The translations under genes and the position numbers were made by a program. A model generated the notes under the pieces. It did not search any database. It saw nothing but the letters and a program-made list of their open reading frames with translations, and was not told the origin of the DNA. Source: an uncultured Oscillospiraceae bacterium (GTDB lineage Bacteria; Bacillota; Clostridia; Oscillospirales; Ruminococcaceae). From it: DNA of 64,000 nt. The stretch spans positions 57,946 to 121,945 of the forward strand of contig CAKSWY010000002.1 of NCBI GenBank assembly GCA_934513685.1. The letters are read 5' to 3'. This document shows positions 29,035-38,569 of the stretch, one piece after another. How positions within the stretch are numbered: the stretch's first letter is position 1; every line of letters begins with the position of its first letter.

Positions 29035-31425
29035 ATGGAACCGGAATCGACCGTTCAGGTCCGCCTTTCTGTTCGGCAGTTGGTGGAATTTCTGCGCAAC
29101 ACCGGCAGCATCGACAATCGCTTCACCGGGTTTGACCGGGCGCTGGAGGGGGCGCGCATCCATCGCCGCCTACAAAAAGCCGCCGGAGACGGATACGAAG
29201 CCGAAGTCTCCATCAAGGCCGATCTGAACGCCGCCGGCGTTGTCTACCGGCTGGAAGGCCGGGCCGACGGGATTTTCACCGGCGTTGACGGGCTGGTCAT
29301 GGTGGATGAAATCAAAACCGTCACCTGCCCCACCGAGCAGATCACCGAAGAGATGGCGCCAGTTCATTGGGCACAGGCGCAGGTATACGCCGCCATCTGG
29401 GCCGCCCAGCAGGGGCTGGACGAGATTGGCGTGCGCCTGACCTATTTTCAGGTGGAAGATCAGCAAATCGTCCGTTTCGAGCGCTGCTTTTCCGCCCAGG
29501 CCCTAACCGCATTTTTGCAGGAGCTGCTGGAAGAGTACGCCCCCTGGGCCAAACGGCAGGCCCAATGGCAGGCCGACCGCACACAGGATCTGGCGGCGCT
29601 GGCCTTTCCCTTCGCGCAGTTCCGCCCCGGGCAGCACGCCCTGGCCGGCGAGGTGTACCGTGCCTGCCGCCAGGGCCGCCGCCTGATGGTGCAGGCCCCC
29701 ACCGGCATCGGTAAAACCATCAGCACCCTGTACCCGGCCCTTCGGGCCATGGGCGAGGGGGACGGCGAACGGGTGTTTTATCTCACAGCCCGCACCACCA
29801 CCCGCCGGGCCGCCTGGCAGGCGCTGGACCTGCTGCCGCCGTCGCTGCATCTGCGCAGCATTGCCCTCACTGCAAAGGACAAAGCCTGCCTGCTGGAGCA
29901 CCGCGAATGCACCCCCGAGGCCTGCCCCTACGCCAACGGCTATTACGACCGGGTGAAGGCCGCCCTCTGGGAAGGGCTAGACAAGACCCGCCTGGACGGC
30001 CCCGCCCTGGAAGTGCTGGCACGCCGCCACACCGTCTGCCCCTTTGAGCTGGGACTGGATCTGGCCCTCTGGTGTGATGTGATCGTGGGCGACTACAACT
30101 ATCTGTTTGACCCGGTGGTGCGCCTGAGCCGCTTTTTCGAAACGCCCGGCGACCATCTGTTTCTGGTGGACGAGGCCCACAACCTGCCCGACCGGGCACG
30201 GGAAATGTACTCGGCCGAACTGGGCCGCGCACAGCTGGCGGAGGCCCGCAAGGCCCTCGGCAAGGGGCGCAGCCGCCTGAAAACCGCCCTGGGCAAGGTC
30301 AACACCCAGTTTCTCACCTGGCGGGATCAATGCCGCGAAGCCCCGGACCGCACCCTGTTCTTCACCCCGGCCCAGGAAGCCTTTTCCGAAGCGGTGCGCC
30401 GCTGCCTGAAGCCGCTGGAGGAATGGCTGGACGAACACCGGCAGGGGCCTGCCCACGATGTGCTGCTTCAGCTTTACTTCGATTTTCGGGCCTGGCTGCG
30501 GGTGGCCGACGGGTACGACGAGCATTACATCACCCAGGTCAGCCTTACCGGCGGGCAGGTGCTGGCCCGGCAGCTGTGCCTGGACCCCAGTGATTTTCTG
30601 AACGCCAGCTTCGCGCTGGGCCGGGCCGCTGTTCTGTTCAGCGCAACGCTTGCCCCGCCCTCTTATTATCGGGACATTCTGGGCTGCCCGGAAGCCCGGT
30701 GCGTTGCCCTGCCCAGCCCTTTTCCCCGGGAAAACCTGGGCCTGTTCTGCGCCTGCCGGGTCTCCACCACCTACCGCAGCCGGGCCGCCAGCCTGGATGA
30801 GGTCTGCCGCCTTCTGGCCGCAATGACCGAGGGCCGGGCCGGGAACTATCTGGCGTTTTTCCCCTCCTATGCCTATCTGAACCAGGCCGCCCAGCGCTTT
30901 GCGGAGCTGTTCCCGCAAATCCCCACCCTGCTTCAGCAGCCCGGCATGGGGGACAGCGAGCGGGAGACGTTTCTCGCCCAATTTTCCACGGCATCCGGCG
31001 AAACACTGCTGGGGTTTGCCGTGATGGGCGGCGTATTCGGCGAAGGCGTGGACCTGGTGGGCGACCGGCTCATCGGGGCCGCTGTGGTCGGCGTTGGGCT
31101 GCCTCAGGTCAACCCGGTGCGGGAAATGCTGCGCCGCTATTTTGAGGGCAGCCGCGGCAGCGGTTTTGCCTACGCCTACCAATACCCCGGCATGAACAAG
31201 GTTCTGCAGGCCGCCGGGCGGGTCATCCGCACCCCAAGCGATCAGGGGGTTGTGCTGCTGATCGATGAGCGCTTTACTTGGGAGGATTACCGCGCCCTGC
31301 TGCCCGCCCACTGGAACGGCTGCCGACCGGTGCTGAGCGCGGCCCAGCTGGCGGACGAGCTTCGGGCGTTCTGGGCGGAAAAGCCCTGCGGCACAGCGCC
31401 CGCGCGCCCTACCGAAGAGCAATGA
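29035..31425 (+). CDS. DinG/Rad3-family (XPD-like) SF2 helicase with N-terminal PD-(D/E)XK (Cas4/RecB-like) nuclease domain
   Basis: 796 aa from ATG 29035 (RBS GGAAAGGAG). N-terminal D...VMVDEIKT nuclease motif; helicase motif I QAPTGIGKT; DEAH box LFLVDEAHNL; C-terminal helicase-C2 region. Confidence 0.8.
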   Translation: MEPESTVQVRLSVRQLVEFLRNTGSIDNRFTGFDRALEGARIHRRLQKAAGDGYEAEVSIKADLNAAGVVYRLEGRADGIFTGVDGLVMVDEIKTVTCPTEQITEEMAPVHWAQAQVYAAIWAAQQGLDEIGVRLTYFQVEDQQIVRFERCFSAQALTAFLQELLEEYAPWAKRQAQWQADRTQDLAALAFPFAQFRPGQHALAGEVYRACRQGRRLMVQAPTGIGKTISTLYPALRAMGEGDGERVFYLTARTTTRRAAWQALDLLPPSLHLRSIALTAKDKACLLEHRECTPEACPYANGYYDRVKAALWEGLDKTRLDGPALEVLARRHTVCPFELGLDLALWCDVIVGDYNYLFDPVVRLSRFFETPGDHLFLVDEAHNLPDRAREMYSAELGRAQLAEARKALGKGRSRLKTALGKVNTQFLTWRDQCREAPDRTLFFTPAQEAFSEAVRRCLKPLEEWLDEHRQGPAHDVLLQLYFDFRAWLRVADGYDEHYITQVSLTGGQVLARQLCLDPSDFLNASFALGRAAVLFSATLAPPSYYRDILGCPEARCVALPSPFPRENLGLFCACRVSTTYRSRAASLDEVCRLLAAMTEGRAGNYLAFFPSYAYLNQAAQRFAELFPQIPTLLQQPGMGDSERETFLAQFSTASGETLLGFAVMGGVFGEGVDLVGDRLIGAAVVGVGLPQVNPVREMLRRYFEGSRGSGFAYAYQYPGMNKVLQAAGRVIRTPSDQGVVLLIDERFTWEDYRALLPAHWNGCRPVLSAAQLADELRAFWAEKPCGTAPARPTEEQ

Positions 31426-31492
31426 AGCACACTCAGTCCTGCCGCTCTCCATTTCTAATTCCTAATTTCTCATTTTTTCAAGGAGCACTGCC

Positions 31493-31651
31493 ATGAATTT
31501 CCCGTTCTTCAAAAAGTCTCGCCCCCGCACCGAGCGCCCTACTCTGGGGGCTGCTCTGCGCCAGAATCTGAACGTGCGCTATCTTGTTTTATGGCTGGTT
31601 TTCATTGCTGTTGTGTTCGGCATCGGCCTGTGGTATTGGCAAACGCTGTGA
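31493..31651 (+). CDS. Possible small membrane protein (52 aa)
   Basis: RBS AAGGAG 8 nt upstream of the ATG; single predicted TM helix (LVLWLVFIAVVFGIGLWYW). Confidence 0.35.
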   Translation: MNFPFFKKSRPRTERPTLGAALRQNLNVRYLVLWLVFIAVVFGIGLWYWQTL

Positions 31652-31707
31652 TTTTTCGCCTGTTTTCGTAAAATTCAAATCAATTTCGCTTTTTTAAGAA
31701 GTTTTTG

Positions 31708-31736
31708 TTGACATCTCTCCTTCTCTTTGCTATAAT
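31708..31736 (+). promoter_or_regulatory. Consensus sigma-A promoter for tRNA-Ala
   Basis: TTGACA (31708-31713), 17-nt spacer, TATAAT (31731-31736). Confidence 0.7.
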
Positions 31737-31787
31737 AACTCTCACAGCCGCAAGAGCGGCCGCAATTGAATCTGCTTCTTCTGCCAT

Positions 31788-31863
<76 letters not shown>

Positions 31864-31885
31864 AACTTCAGAAGAAGCACAAAAT

Positions 31886-31922
31886 GAGCATCCGAGTTTC
31901 GGATGCTCGTTTTTGGTTTTTA
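31886..31922 (+). terminator. Rho-independent terminator after tRNA-Ala
   Basis: gagcatccga gtt tcggatgctc perfect 10-bp stem followed by GTTTTTGGTTTTT. Confidence 0.8.
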
Positions 31923-32087
31923 TTCAGCCTTTTGTTGATTCGCCTTTCCTGTCTATTTAACTTGCCTACCTATAAAGATAAAGCCCGGCACAGCGTCGAA
32001 GGCAAACTCGTCTGCCCTCGCCCTGTGCCGGGCGTTTCTTTGAACGATAATTTGAGCAATAAAATCATGGTGCATCCCCTCCGGGTG

Positions 32088-33041
32088 TCACCCCTCCTGC
32101 TGAGCAAATTTCCAGGTCAGACCCTCATCCCGGGAGATGTACTGCAGAATATGCACCCACTGGCCGCCGCTGCGCTGTTGGTAAACCCGCACCGGGATTA
32201 CAATCGCGTCATCCTCCGCGCGCTGCGGGGTCAGGGCCTCCGCACGAAGCAGGCCGGTGAGCGTGGGCAGCTCCATGGGCATTTTCTCCCAGGTTGCCCC
32301 GCCGTCCCGCGTCTGATACAGGCGCGGCTCCAGCTGATGCTGATCCGTGGTGGCCAAAAAGCCCAGCTGTTCCGAAACAAATCCGCCGCCGCACATCCAG
32401 GCGTCCCCGTCCTCTCCGGTCAGGTCCTCCAGTTTGTTCCAGGTAAGGCCCCCATCGCTGGTCAGCAGCACACTGCGGCGGGCCTGATCCGTCTCCAGAA
32501 TCAGCGAACCGCACTGTTCTGACCAGAAATTCAAAAATGCATCCGCCAGCTGCTCCTCTTCCTGAAGCCCCAGGGCAGGCAGGTTCATCTTCTGTTCCTG
32601 CCAGTGCGCCCCCAAATCGTCGCTTCGATAAAGGGTCGCTTTGGCTACGTTGTTGGGGTGGTCGCTGTTCGGCTGAAGCAGCACAAGAATCAGGGTATCT
32701 TGATACACATTCAGGTCGGCTAGGGCCAGCGTATCGGCCGCCTGCTCCACTTCCGGCGGCAGCGGAAGCTGCCCCTGCCCGTCGAAGGGGTTTTCCAGCA
32801 CATACAGGCCGTTCTGGCTGCTTAGCCGCAGCGCCTGCGGGTCCCAGATCGCCACCGGGAGGGTCGGCTCCGGCTGTGCCTCGGTCGTTTGTGCCGCCGG
32901 AGGCAGGGGGGCCGGCTCCGTTGGCGTGTTTAGCTGCTGTGCGGTCTGCCGTACCAGCAGCAGCCCAGCCCCGGCACAGCCCGTTGCAAACAGGGCCGCC
33001 GCGGCAATCGCCCCGAGCATCATCCACCGGGTTCGTTTCAT
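32088..33041 (-). CDS. Lipoprotein with BNR/Asp-box repeats (sialidase/Ycf48-like beta-propeller)
   Basis: ~317 aa from ATG 33041 (RBS GGGAGGGAAG); signal peptide with lipobox FATGC; four S/T-x-D-x-G-x-T-W repeats (DDLGAHW, SDGGLTW, TRDGGATW, SRDEGLTW). Confidence 0.75.
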   Translation of the reverse strand: MKRTRWMMLGAIAAAALFATGCAGAGLLLVRQTAQQLNTPTEPAPLPPAAQTTEAQPEPTLPVAIWDPQALRLSSQNGLYVLENPFDGQGQLPLPPEVEQAADTLALADLNVYQDTLILVLLQPNSDHPNNVAKATLYRSDDLGAHWQEQKMNLPALGLQEEEQLADAFLNFWSEQCGSLILETDQARRSVLLTSDGGLTWNKLEDLTGEDGDAWMCGGGFVSEQLGFLATTDQHQLEPRLYQTRDGGATWEKMPMELPTLTGLLRAEALTPQRAEDDAIVIPVRVYQQRSGGQWVHILQYISRDEGLTWKFAQQEG

Positions 33042-33368
33042 CTGCTTCCCTCCCCTCACCAGAACCGGCACTGCCGCCGGTTTTCCTGCAATCGTTTTTT
33101 CGGCATCCTTTGTTATATTGTTATAAAGAATACGACAGCATCTTCATTTTTATTTCGTCTTCTTCAAAAAGATTCGCGCAATTGTCTCATTTTTCAAACT
33201 TTGTCCGTCAAGCCGTTCTGCCGTGCCCAGGTTTTCCTTCGCGTTTTTTCGCGCCGTCCCGGCGGCCCGCCCTTGTTCCCGCCGGGCGGCTGTGGTATGA
33301 TAGCAATAGAATTTTATTGCCGCGGAATTTTTCCGCCCTGGCAAACAAACAGCAAAGGACGGCGTATC

Positions 33369-35282
33369 ATGACACACGGTTTTATCAAAGCCTGCACAGT
33401 CTCCCCGGCCCTTCGGGTGGCCGATTGCCCCTACAACACCCAGATGACCATTGAGGCCATGCAGAAAGCAGCCTCCGAGGGCGTACAGCTGGCCGTTTTC
33501 CCGGAACTGGGCCTGACCGGTTACACCTGCGGCGACCTGTTTTTGCAGCAGCCCCTGCAAAAGGCGGCCGAAGCCGGCCTTACCGCCATTCTGAAGGCCA
33601 GCGAAGAACTGGACCTGGTGGCGCTGGTAGGCCTGCCGGTGCTGGTGGAGGGCAAGCTGTACAACTGCGCCGCGGTGGTCTGCCATGGCCGGCTGCTGGG
33701 TCTGGTACCCAAGACTCACCTGCCCAATTACAGCGAATTCTATGAAAAGCGCCACTACAACCCGGCCCCCGCCGGGCTGCGCACCATCCGGTTCGCCGGG
33801 CAGGAGGTGCCGTTCGGCACCGCGCTTCTGTTCCAGTGCGAGGAGATGCCGGAGTTCTGCCTGGGCGTTGAGGTCTGCGAGGATCTGTGGGCGCCGCTGC
33901 CGCCCAGCACCCGCCACGCGCTGGCCGGTGCCACGGTGATCGCCAACCTCTCTGCCAGCGACGAAACCGTCGGCAAGGCCGGTTATCGCCGCCAGCTGGT
34001 CAGCCAGCAGTCCGCCCGGCTGCTGTGCGCCTATCTGTATGCAGACGCAGGCCACGGGGAATCCACCACCGACATGGTGTTTGCCGCTCATGACCTGATC
34101 TGTGAAAACGGTGCGCTGCTGGCCGAGGCAAAGCCCTTCGGCAGCGGATACGCCTGCACCGAGCTGGATCTGGGCCGTATGGTCAGCGAGCGCTGCCGCA
34201 ACACCACCTTCCAGCCGGATTCCGCCGGGTATCAGGTGGCGCCCTTCTCCCTTCCGCTGCGTGAGGTTGCCCTGACCCGCTTTGTCTCCCCCACGCCGTT
34301 TGTTCCGGCCGGCAACGCCGCCCGGGCTGAGCGCTGCGAGCTGATTCTGGAGATGCAGGCGGACGGTCTGGCCAAGCGCATTGAGCACGCCCATGCCAAA
34401 ACGGCGGTCATCGGCATTTCCGGCGGGTTGGACAGCTGCCTGGCCCTGCTGGTGGCCGTGCGCGCCATGAAGCGCCTGGGGCGGAGCACCGGCGACATTC
34501 TCGCGGTAACCATGCCCTGCTTCGGCACCACCCAGCGCACCCGCTCCAACGCCGAGATCCTGTGCGACGAGCTGGGCGTTTCCTTCCAGGAGATTCGCAT
34601 TGCCAACACCGTGCACAGCCACTTTGCCGACATCGGCCAGGACGAGCAGGTGCTGGATGTAACCTACGAAAACGGTCAGGCCCGCGTGCGCACGCTGGAG
34701 CTGATGGACCTGGCCAACCGCACCGGCGGCATGGTCGTCGGCACCGGAGATCTGAGCGAGCTGGCCCTGGGCTGGGCCACCTACAACGGCGACCATATGA
34801 GCATGTACGGCGTCAATGCGGGCGTGCCCAAAACGCTGGTGCGCCACATTGTGCACTATGAGGCCGACACCGCCGCCAGCCCTGCCCTGAAGGAGGTTCT
34901 GCTGGACATCCTTGATACCCCCGTCAGCCCCGAGCTGCTGCCCGCCAAGGAAAACGGCGAGATCGCGCAGGAAACCGAGTCTCTGGTCGGGCCTTATGAG
35001 CTGCACGACTTCTATCTGTACTATGTGCTCCGCTTCGGTTTTGGCCCCGCAAAAATCTACCGGCTGGCCCAGGCTGCCCTGGGCGATCGGTACTCCAACG
35101 AGGTTCTGCTGCACTGGCTGAAGAACTTCTACCGCCGCTTCTTCGTGCAGCAGTTCAAGCGCAGCTGCTTGCCGGACGGCCCCAAGGTCGGTTCCGTCAC
35201 CCTGTCGCCCCGCGGCGACTGGCGTATGCCCAGCGATGCCTGCGCCGCTGTCTGGCAGGCGGAACTGGAAACGCTGGCCTAA
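33369..35282 (+). CDS. nadE: Glutamine-dependent NAD+ synthetase
   Basis: 637 aa from ATG 33369 (RBS AAAGGA); N-terminal carbon-nitrogen hydrolase domain (FPELGLTGYTCGDLF, catalytic Cys in VEVCEDLW) plus a C-terminal NAD synthetase domain with PP-loop GISGGLDS. Confidence 0.9.
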   Translation: MTHGFIKACTVSPALRVADCPYNTQMTIEAMQKAASEGVQLAVFPELGLTGYTCGDLFLQQPLQKAAEAGLTAILKASEELDLVALVGLPVLVEGKLYNCAAVVCHGRLLGLVPKTHLPNYSEFYEKRHYNPAPAGLRTIRFAGQEVPFGTALLFQCEEMPEFCLGVEVCEDLWAPLPPSTRHALAGATVIANLSASDETVGKAGYRRQLVSQQSARLLCAYLYADAGHGESTTDMVFAAHDLICENGALLAEAKPFGSGYACTELDLGRMVSERCRNTTFQPDSAGYQVAPFSLPLREVALTRFVSPTPFVPAGNAARAERCELILEMQADGLAKRIEHAHAKTAVIGISGGLDSCLALLVAVRAMKRLGRSTGDILAVTMPCFGTTQRTRSNAEILCDELGVSFQEIRIANTVHSHFADIGQDEQVLDVTYENGQARVRTLELMDLANRTGGMVVGTGDLSELALGWATYNGDHMSMYGVNAGVPKTLVRHIVHYEADTAASPALKEVLLDILDTPVSPELLPAKENGEIAQETESLVGPYELHDFYLYYVLRFGFGPAKIYRLAQAALGDRYSNEVLLHWLKNFYRRFFVQQFKRSCLPDGPKVGSVTLSPRGDWRMPSDACAAVWQAELETLA

Positions 35283-35446
35283 CCATCTGCTTCCCTTTGG
35301 GCATTCCTGAATTATAAAACAAACTGCGCCGGGCCGTGCACCAATCTGCACCGCCCGGTGCTTTTTTGTTTTTCTTTGGCTGCGGCCGCGCATGAACCCT
35401 CCCCCACTGGCCCATACTACCGGAAACAACTTTGGGAGGATGTGCT

Positions 35447-37024
35447 ATGTCAGAAATGTTCTGCTTTCAATGTCAGCAAACCGCGGGCGGCAGCGGCTGT
35501 GTGCGCACCGGCGTTTGCGGCAAGCAGCCCGAAACCGCCACCCTGCAGGATGCGCTGGTCTGCCGGCTGATCCAGCTGGCCGAGGCGTGCCTTCGGCAGG
35601 GGCAATTCCCGGAAACGGTCACCCGCCTTCTGGTGGACGGCCTGTTTACCACGCTCACCAACGTCAACTTTGACGATGAAGCCATCCGCGCCTTCACCAG
35701 CCGGGTGGAAGAGGCCCTGCTTCAGCAGAATGGTGCCTTGAAAGAGGGACCCATTGACTGGCTTTGGCAGGGGGAAACGGATGTGGTGTCTCTGCGCTCT
35801 ACCCTTCTGTTCGGCCTGAAGGGCATGGCAGCCTACGCGCACCACGCCATGAATCTTGGCTACCGGGACGAGCAGGTCAGCGCCTGGTTTTATAAGGGGC
35901 TGGCCGCCCTGCACCAGCCCCACAGCACCGAGGAATGGCTGAATCTTATTCTGGAGTTTGGCAAGGTAAACTACCAGTGCATGGCCCTTTTGGATAAGGC
36001 CAACACCGGCACCTTCGGCGACCCGGTGCCCACGCGGGTCCATGTGGACGTCAAGGAGGGGCCGTTCATCGTGGTTTCGGGGCACGACCTGGAGGATCTG
36101 CACCAGCTCTTGGAGCAGACCGCCGGAACGGGCATTCAGGTGTACACCCATTGCGAAATGCTGCCCGCCCACGGGTACCCCAAGTTAAAGCAGTACCCCC
36201 ATCTGGCCGGCAACTTCGGCACCGCCTGGCAGAACCAGCAGCAGGAGTTCGATGCACTGCCCGCCCCGATTCTGTTCACGACCAACTGCCTGATGCCGCC
36301 CCGGCCCAGCTACGCCGACCGGGTGTACACCACCTCGGTGGTGGGCTACAAGGGCCTGCGGCACATCACCGCGGACGAGCAGGGCCATAAGGACTTCACC
36401 CCGCTGATCGAGCAGGCCCTTGCTCTGGGCGGATACGACACCGACCAAAGCATGAGCGGCATCAACGGCGGGCATATGCTCACCACCGGATTTGCCCGGG
36501 CAGCCGTGCTTCGCCAGGCCCCGCAGCTGCTGGAGGCCATTCGCAGCGGTGCCGTAAAGCACATCTTTCTGGTGGGCGGCTGTGATGGCGCGCACCCCGG
36601 GCGCAACTACTACACGGAATTTGTAAAGCGTACCCCGATGGACTCGCTGGTTCTGACGCTGGCCTGCGGCAAATACCGTTTCAACGATCTGGATCTGGGC
36701 GAAATCGGCGGCATTCCCCGCATTCTGGATGTGGGCCAGTGCAACGACGCATACAGCGCCGTCCAGATCGCCCTGGCTCTGGCGGAGGCCTTCGGCTGCA
36801 CCATCAACGAGCTGCCTCTCACGCTGGTGCTTTCCTGGTACGAACAGAAGGCGGTCTGCATTCTGCTTACCCTGCTGGCGCTGGGTGTCAAAAACATTTA
36901 CCTCGGCCCCACCCTTCCGGCCTTTTTGTCCGAAACCGTGGTGAAAACGCTGGTGGAGGCTTACAACCTGCAGCCCATCACCGACCCGCAGCAGGATCTG
37001 GACGCCATTCTGCACCGGGGCTGA
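35447..37024 (+). CDS. hcp: Hydroxylamine reductase (hybrid-cluster protein)
   Basis: ~525 aa; N-terminal MFCFQCQQT...GVCGK cysteine motif for the cubane cluster. Start at ATG 35447 (RBS GGGAGGA) or 35456. Confidence 0.9.
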   Translation: MSEMFCFQCQQTAGGSGCVRTGVCGKQPETATLQDALVCRLIQLAEACLRQGQFPETVTRLLVDGLFTTLTNVNFDDEAIRAFTSRVEEALLQQNGALKEGPIDWLWQGETDVVSLRSTLLFGLKGMAAYAHHAMNLGYRDEQVSAWFYKGLAALHQPHSTEEWLNLILEFGKVNYQCMALLDKANTGTFGDPVPTRVHVDVKEGPFIVVSGHDLEDLHQLLEQTAGTGIQVYTHCEMLPAHGYPKLKQYPHLAGNFGTAWQNQQQEFDALPAPILFTTNCLMPPRPSYADRVYTTSVVGYKGLRHITADEQGHKDFTPLIEQALALGGYDTDQSMSGINGGHMLTTGFARAAVLRQAPQLLEAIRSGAVKHIFLVGGCDGAHPGRNYYTEFVKRTPMDSLVLTLACGKYRFNDLDLGEIGGIPRILDVGQCNDAYSAVQIALALAEAFGCTINELPLTLVLSWYEQKAVCILLTLLALGVKNIYLGPTLPAFLSETVVKTLVEAYNLQPITDPQQDLDAILHRG

Positions 37025-37048
37025 GGGCTATATCCCGTAAAAAATGCG

Positions 37049-37098
37049 CAAAAGCTCCGGAGAACCATCCGAACGGACCGTTCTCCGGAGCTTTTTTG
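37049..37098. terminator. Bidirectional terminator between hcp and the ABC permease
   Basis: Perfect 15-bp stem aaagctccggagaac / gttctccggagcttt with TTTT after it. Confidence 0.75.
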
Positions 37099-37126
37099 AT
37101 TGCTTTTCGTCTTGCCGTCCGGCCGC

Positions 37127-38569
37127 TTACTCGCGGCGAATGGCTTCCAGTGCGCTGATCTTCACCGCCCGGTTGGCCGGAACCACGCCGGACACCAGAC
37201 CCACCAGCGTCGAGAACGCCAGCGCAGCCAGCACCAGCCACAGCGGAATGATGGAGATCTGCCCGCCGGAGGCCCCCAGTGAACCGAAGGCATCCAGCAT
37301 CCCCGAGGACATTCCGTCGCCACTCATCATCATCGAACTGACGTTGTTCAGGATGAACGAGAGCAGGTAGCTGAAGGCCACACCCACGATGCCGCCCAGC
37401 AGGCCGATGGCCCCGGCCTCAAACAGGAACATCGTGCGGATGTTGTTCAGCTCACAGCCCAACACCTTCATTACACCGATTTCCTTCGTGCGCTCGTAAA
37501 TGGCCATGGTCATGGTGTTGGCAATGTTCAGCGCCGCCACCAGCAGGGCCACCGCCGCCGTGCCGCCCAGAATCATCTGGCTCTTTGCCACCTGTGCCTG
37601 CATATCCTCACGGATCTGCGTCATGGAATAGGTCTCGTAGCCCTGATCCTTGATCCAGCTTTCCACGTCGGACACATTATCCACCTCGTCCACTTTCACG
37701 TAGACTTCCTGGTAGCCGTTGTCCTTCTCCTGCATCATGACGCCGTTGGAGATCATATAGCTCTGGCTCTGGCGTTTTTTGGTGCCGGAAAGCTTCTGGT
37801 AGGCCTCTTCCAGCATCTTCATGTCGGACAGGCGCAGCACCATACCGCTGTCGGTAAAATAATGTTTGCTGTAATCGCTGACGAAGGTGCCCACCACCAC
37901 CAGGTCATAGTCCTGGGTCTTTTCCTTGCCGTTGTTGTCGGTGTAGGAAAGGCGCAGGGTCATCTTGTCCTTGTTCACATCCACAAAGGGCTGCACCAGA
38001 TTGCCGTTGGCATCCGTCTGCCCCTGATAGATCTGCCGCTTGCCGCTGTTGTAGCTTTTGCGGGTATCCTCAAAGTTGTAGGCAAAGTTTTCGCCCACCA
38101 TGACCGGAATTTTATTCTTGCCAAGACTCATGTCGCTGGTGAAAAAGGTACCATCGGCCAGATCAAAGCCCATCTTTTCCAGTGCATCCGGGTCGGCGCC
38201 GTAGCACTGCCACACGCCGGTTTCGTAGCGGCCGTTTTTGCCGGAAAGGATCTTGCCGTTCAGATCATTGGGCTGATAATAAGGCGTGACCGCCACCACA
38301 TGATCCAGCGAGCGGATCTGATTCAGCATCTCGTCGTTCAGGGCCGGAGTTTCGGTTGCGCCATAGGCATAGTTGTAGATCTGAATCTGGGTCAGGTCAC
38401 CCCAACTGGCCAGCATGGCCTCGTTGTTTACGTTGGTGGCAATTCCCAGGCTGATCATCACCACAATGGCGCAGGTGCCCACCACCACACCAATGATGGT
38501 CAGGGCCGTGCGGCCCTTGCGGCGGCGAAGGTTGTCTGTGCTGAGCCGCAGCAGATCAGATATCTTCAT
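37127..38569 (-). CDS. ABC transporter permease, FtsX/MacB family
   Basis: ~480 aa from ATG 38569 (MKISDLLRLSTDNLRRRKGRTALTIIGVVVG); FtsX-type 4-TM architecture with a large extracytoplasmic loop. The start lies 14 nt inside the upstream gene. Confidence 0.8.
   Translation of the reverse strand: MKISDLLRLSTDNLRRRKGRTALTIIGVVVGTCAIVVMISLGIATNVNNEAMLASWGDLTQIQIYNYAYGATETPALNDEMLNQIRSLDHVVAVTPYYQPNDLNGKILSGKNGRYETGVWQCYGADPDALEKMGFDLADGTFFTSDMSLGKNKIPVMVGENFAYNFEDTRKSYNSGKRQIYQGQTDANGNLVQPFVDVNKDKMTLRLSYTDNNGKEKTQDYDLVVVGTFVSDYSKHYFTDSGMVLRLSDMKMLEEAYQKLSGTKKRQSQSYMISNGVMMQEKDNGYQEVYVKVDEVDNVSDVESWIKDQGYETYSMTQIREDMQAQVAKSQMILGGTAAVALLVAALNIANTMTMAIYERTKEIGVMKVLGCELNNIRTMFLFEAGAIGLLGGIVGVAFSYLLSFILNNVSSMMMSGDGMSSGMLDAFGSLGASGGQISIIPLWLVLAALAFSTLVGLVSGVVPANRAVKISALEAIRRE

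Noticed and set aside
29977-31452. 491-aa minus-strand ORF
   Set aside because: Antisense to the DinG-family helicase gene; no motifs.
33150-35429. 759-aa minus-strand ORF
   Set aside because: Antisense to nadE; no motifs; Gly/Ala/Gln-rich.
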